DNA of 64,000 nt from Botryllus schlosseri (lineage: Eukaryota). The stretch is taken from positions 20,398,001 through 20,462,000 of the forward strand of contig CM119379.1 in assembly GCA_051294905.1 (NCBI GenBank), given 5' to 3'. Below, piece after piece: positions 61,734 to 64,000 of this stretch. The translations under genes were made by a program, and so were the position numbers. How positions within the stretch are numbered: the first letter of the stretch is position 1; every line of letters starts with the position of its first letter. A model generated the notes under the pieces. The model was not told the origin of the DNA. It saw nothing but the letters and a program-made list of their open reading frames with translations, and ran no database searches.

Positions 61734-63897
61734 TCACAAGGCCGTGTCTTCGCCCTGTCCGGTCGAGCTTAATATCTTCTCCTTCCATCCCATTACATCA
61801 AGTCCGGGTCCAGTCCCTGCTAGAAATTCTGGAAGACCTGATGCCTCGACTTTTTTGTGCAGATTCGTAAAGTTATTTCCGTGTAATTCCAACTGCAAAG
61901 AGTAATAGTATGTTTTCCTTGAATAAACTCACATTGTAAGTGCTAGTATTTGGCTTTTAGCTTATCCGTGGTCAATCGGCAACCTAGGTCCAATCCGAAA
62001 TTTGAATGCCGCAATGAACATCATCAAGTTTCATAAAACGTAGCTTTGGAGAAAACGGGCAAATCTATGGACATATGCAATATTCTGTAGTGATGGACAG
62101 CTAACTATTGGGTTATTGGCAACGGCTATCAAGAGCGGCTCGTAACAAGTTTCCTATATGTGGCTATCTTATAGCAAAGCTTGGAAATCGTTTACGATTT
62201 ATCGCTAGAAATCTCTTCATGTTCTAAAGTACATCAAAATTTTATATCTGTATTTCAGACGTATAAGCTTGGGATTAAAATAGATTTACCGAAACTTGTA
62301 GGAACTTGTGCTGTTTACATTGTGAGCAAGGGTGAATTTCGCAACTGGGGCTTGACCTTCGTTGCTTGAGCGAGAATTGATGCACGTTTGTGTGATCTGT
62401 TGTGAGCCCATTTTCAACGATCATGATATGCATAGGGAAGGTCAGAGGCGGACATAGTCTCGACTCTTATATGGCACTCTATGTCCGCAGGATATTTGAG
62501 ACAAAACTAATCATTTGGCGAATTGCTGCAGATCTGCGTGTCGCGCATAATAGTATATTACGATGACGAGAGAGAAAGAGAGTCAATTACACTTGAATTA
62601 CATATTACCACCTACCGAACACACATATATAATATACGTAACCACTTACGCGTTTTCTCATCTTTGGTTTGCTAAAGGGCTTCATTATGTTGTATATGAT
62701 CGTAAATATCTTGTATTCATTGACGACGTTCATGCTCTTCAATCTTGACGGCATAGCATCCTGTTGTTAACGAAACCGCGTAAACCAGCTGACTAATTTA
62801 ATAAAGCGTGAGTCACAGGGGAAACCCACCCCTAACACTCCTCCCATTTTCTTGCCGAATGTCGGCGTGAACTGCTTTAGTAAATTCATATTGAAGAAGG
62901 AATAATCCGCGATGACCGTGAGTCCGTGAACCTATAATGAAATTTTCTGTTGACTCAGGAACATTCCGAAATTCTGTCCCATTACCGAGCAACGTCCTAC
63001 ATATAATTTGTCTAATATCACAGTCGATGGTGAAATGAAGGAATCTTACATCATATAAACAAGATACAACGTTATCAATTCGTTGCTTCAGCACCAACCT
63101 GTACAGCCTCGTCCTCAGTCAAGAGAGCCTCCGTGGTTAGGATAATCATAGCTAAAAAGTCGGTCATCTTCGCCGAGTCGGGTTGTCCAATTCCTGAACA
63201 TCGTATATTTCATCATTGATAAAAATTCAAGTCCATGCAGCAGTAAAGCTTATAGTCATGATCATGAACCATATGTGATGTAGCTGTATTCGAAAAATTT
63301 CGCGAACAATAACATACCTGTTATAAGATGCATATAATTAATTAATGAAAAATAAGGTAGAGGGACCCGTGATGTGATTATTCTAGTTGAGATCATTCAA
63401 AACCATGATTTCACAACATTTGGGTCGGTCGATGACTAAGGATTTATTTTCGAATTTCAATCATCTGAAAATCCCGTGAGAAACCAACATCACACTCATC
63501 TATACCTGGTCTTCCTATAACCACAGTGGAACCATCAGAGGCTTTTTGACGAATCGGCACGCACGCTCCATGTGTCAAAACATCAGAAAGTAACTCCGGG
63601 TTGTCTACCTGGAAATCGAGAGAAGCGATCATATTATTATCAGCAGCACCATGCAGGTATTTCCGTCCTAAATATCATTCTGCGACCATTCCGTACACAT
63701 TTCATGCGTTGTTAATCAATTCAATTCAACATCGTTCTACATCATCATATATATCCGCTTTGCGTTGCTTAAATGAATATCTAAAATTTGAAATGTCTAC
63801 CTTGTCGAATACTTCTCGAAAATCCCGTCTTTGAATATGATAATTGACCAGCATATTGTATGCTTTTTCGTGATTGTATTTCTTGGCTCGCAGAAAC
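61734..63897 (-). CDS. CRAL-TRIO domain lipid/retinoid-binding protein (alpha-TTP/CRALBP/clavesin family), 5' part outside window
   Basis: Exons 63897-63801, 63608-63506, 63193-63099, 62931-62830, 62760-62650 and 61892-61734, with consistent phases. RFLRAKKYNHEKAYNMLVNY (CRAL-TRIO N domain); LLTEDEAVQVHGLTVIAD; DAMPSRLKSMNVVN; KPFSKPKMRKRLELHG; LPEFLAG; ends GEDTAL*. Confidence 0.9.
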
Positions 63898-64000
63898 CTG
63901 TATGAACATGAACGTTATCGAATGATGATAACAATGCAGTAAAATACACCGCACCGAACTATGTACCGGCTAATGACAACTAGGATTGACACGTTACATA

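Overview
Eukaryotic, intron-containing genomic DNA from an invertebrate animal. A tunicate or other non-vertebrate chordate is plausible because many introns are 56-74 nt and the ULK3 and GAS1 genes are chordate-like, but the species is an inference. Six protein-coding loci were reconstructed exon by exon: (1) two tandem gamma-glutamylaminecyclotransferase (GGACT) paralogues on the minus strand, one lacking its third exon in this window; (2) a squid-type DFPase (six-bladed Ca2+ phosphotriesterase) homologue that keeps the metal ligands but is frameshifted in exon 4 by a 10-nt duplication, with relic copies on both sides; (3) ULK3 (+ strand, 14-15 exons); (4) a GAS1-like GDNF-receptor-family gene with a 93-aa polybasic insert; (5) the 3' part of a CRAL-TRIO (alpha-TTP/CRALBP family) gene. 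Non-coding DNA is full of non-autonomous hAT elements, 13 of them with 7/8 or 8/8 target-site duplications. These include a family of 36-45 bp palindromic micro-elements. Also present are a tRNA-derived SINE, telomere-like G-rich arrays and an R4/Dong-like retroelement tail at a (TAA)6 tract. No rRNA, genuine tRNA or CRISPR array was found. I found no convincing gene in the ~28 kb between ULK3 and GAS1. All alignments were done by eye, without database searches.
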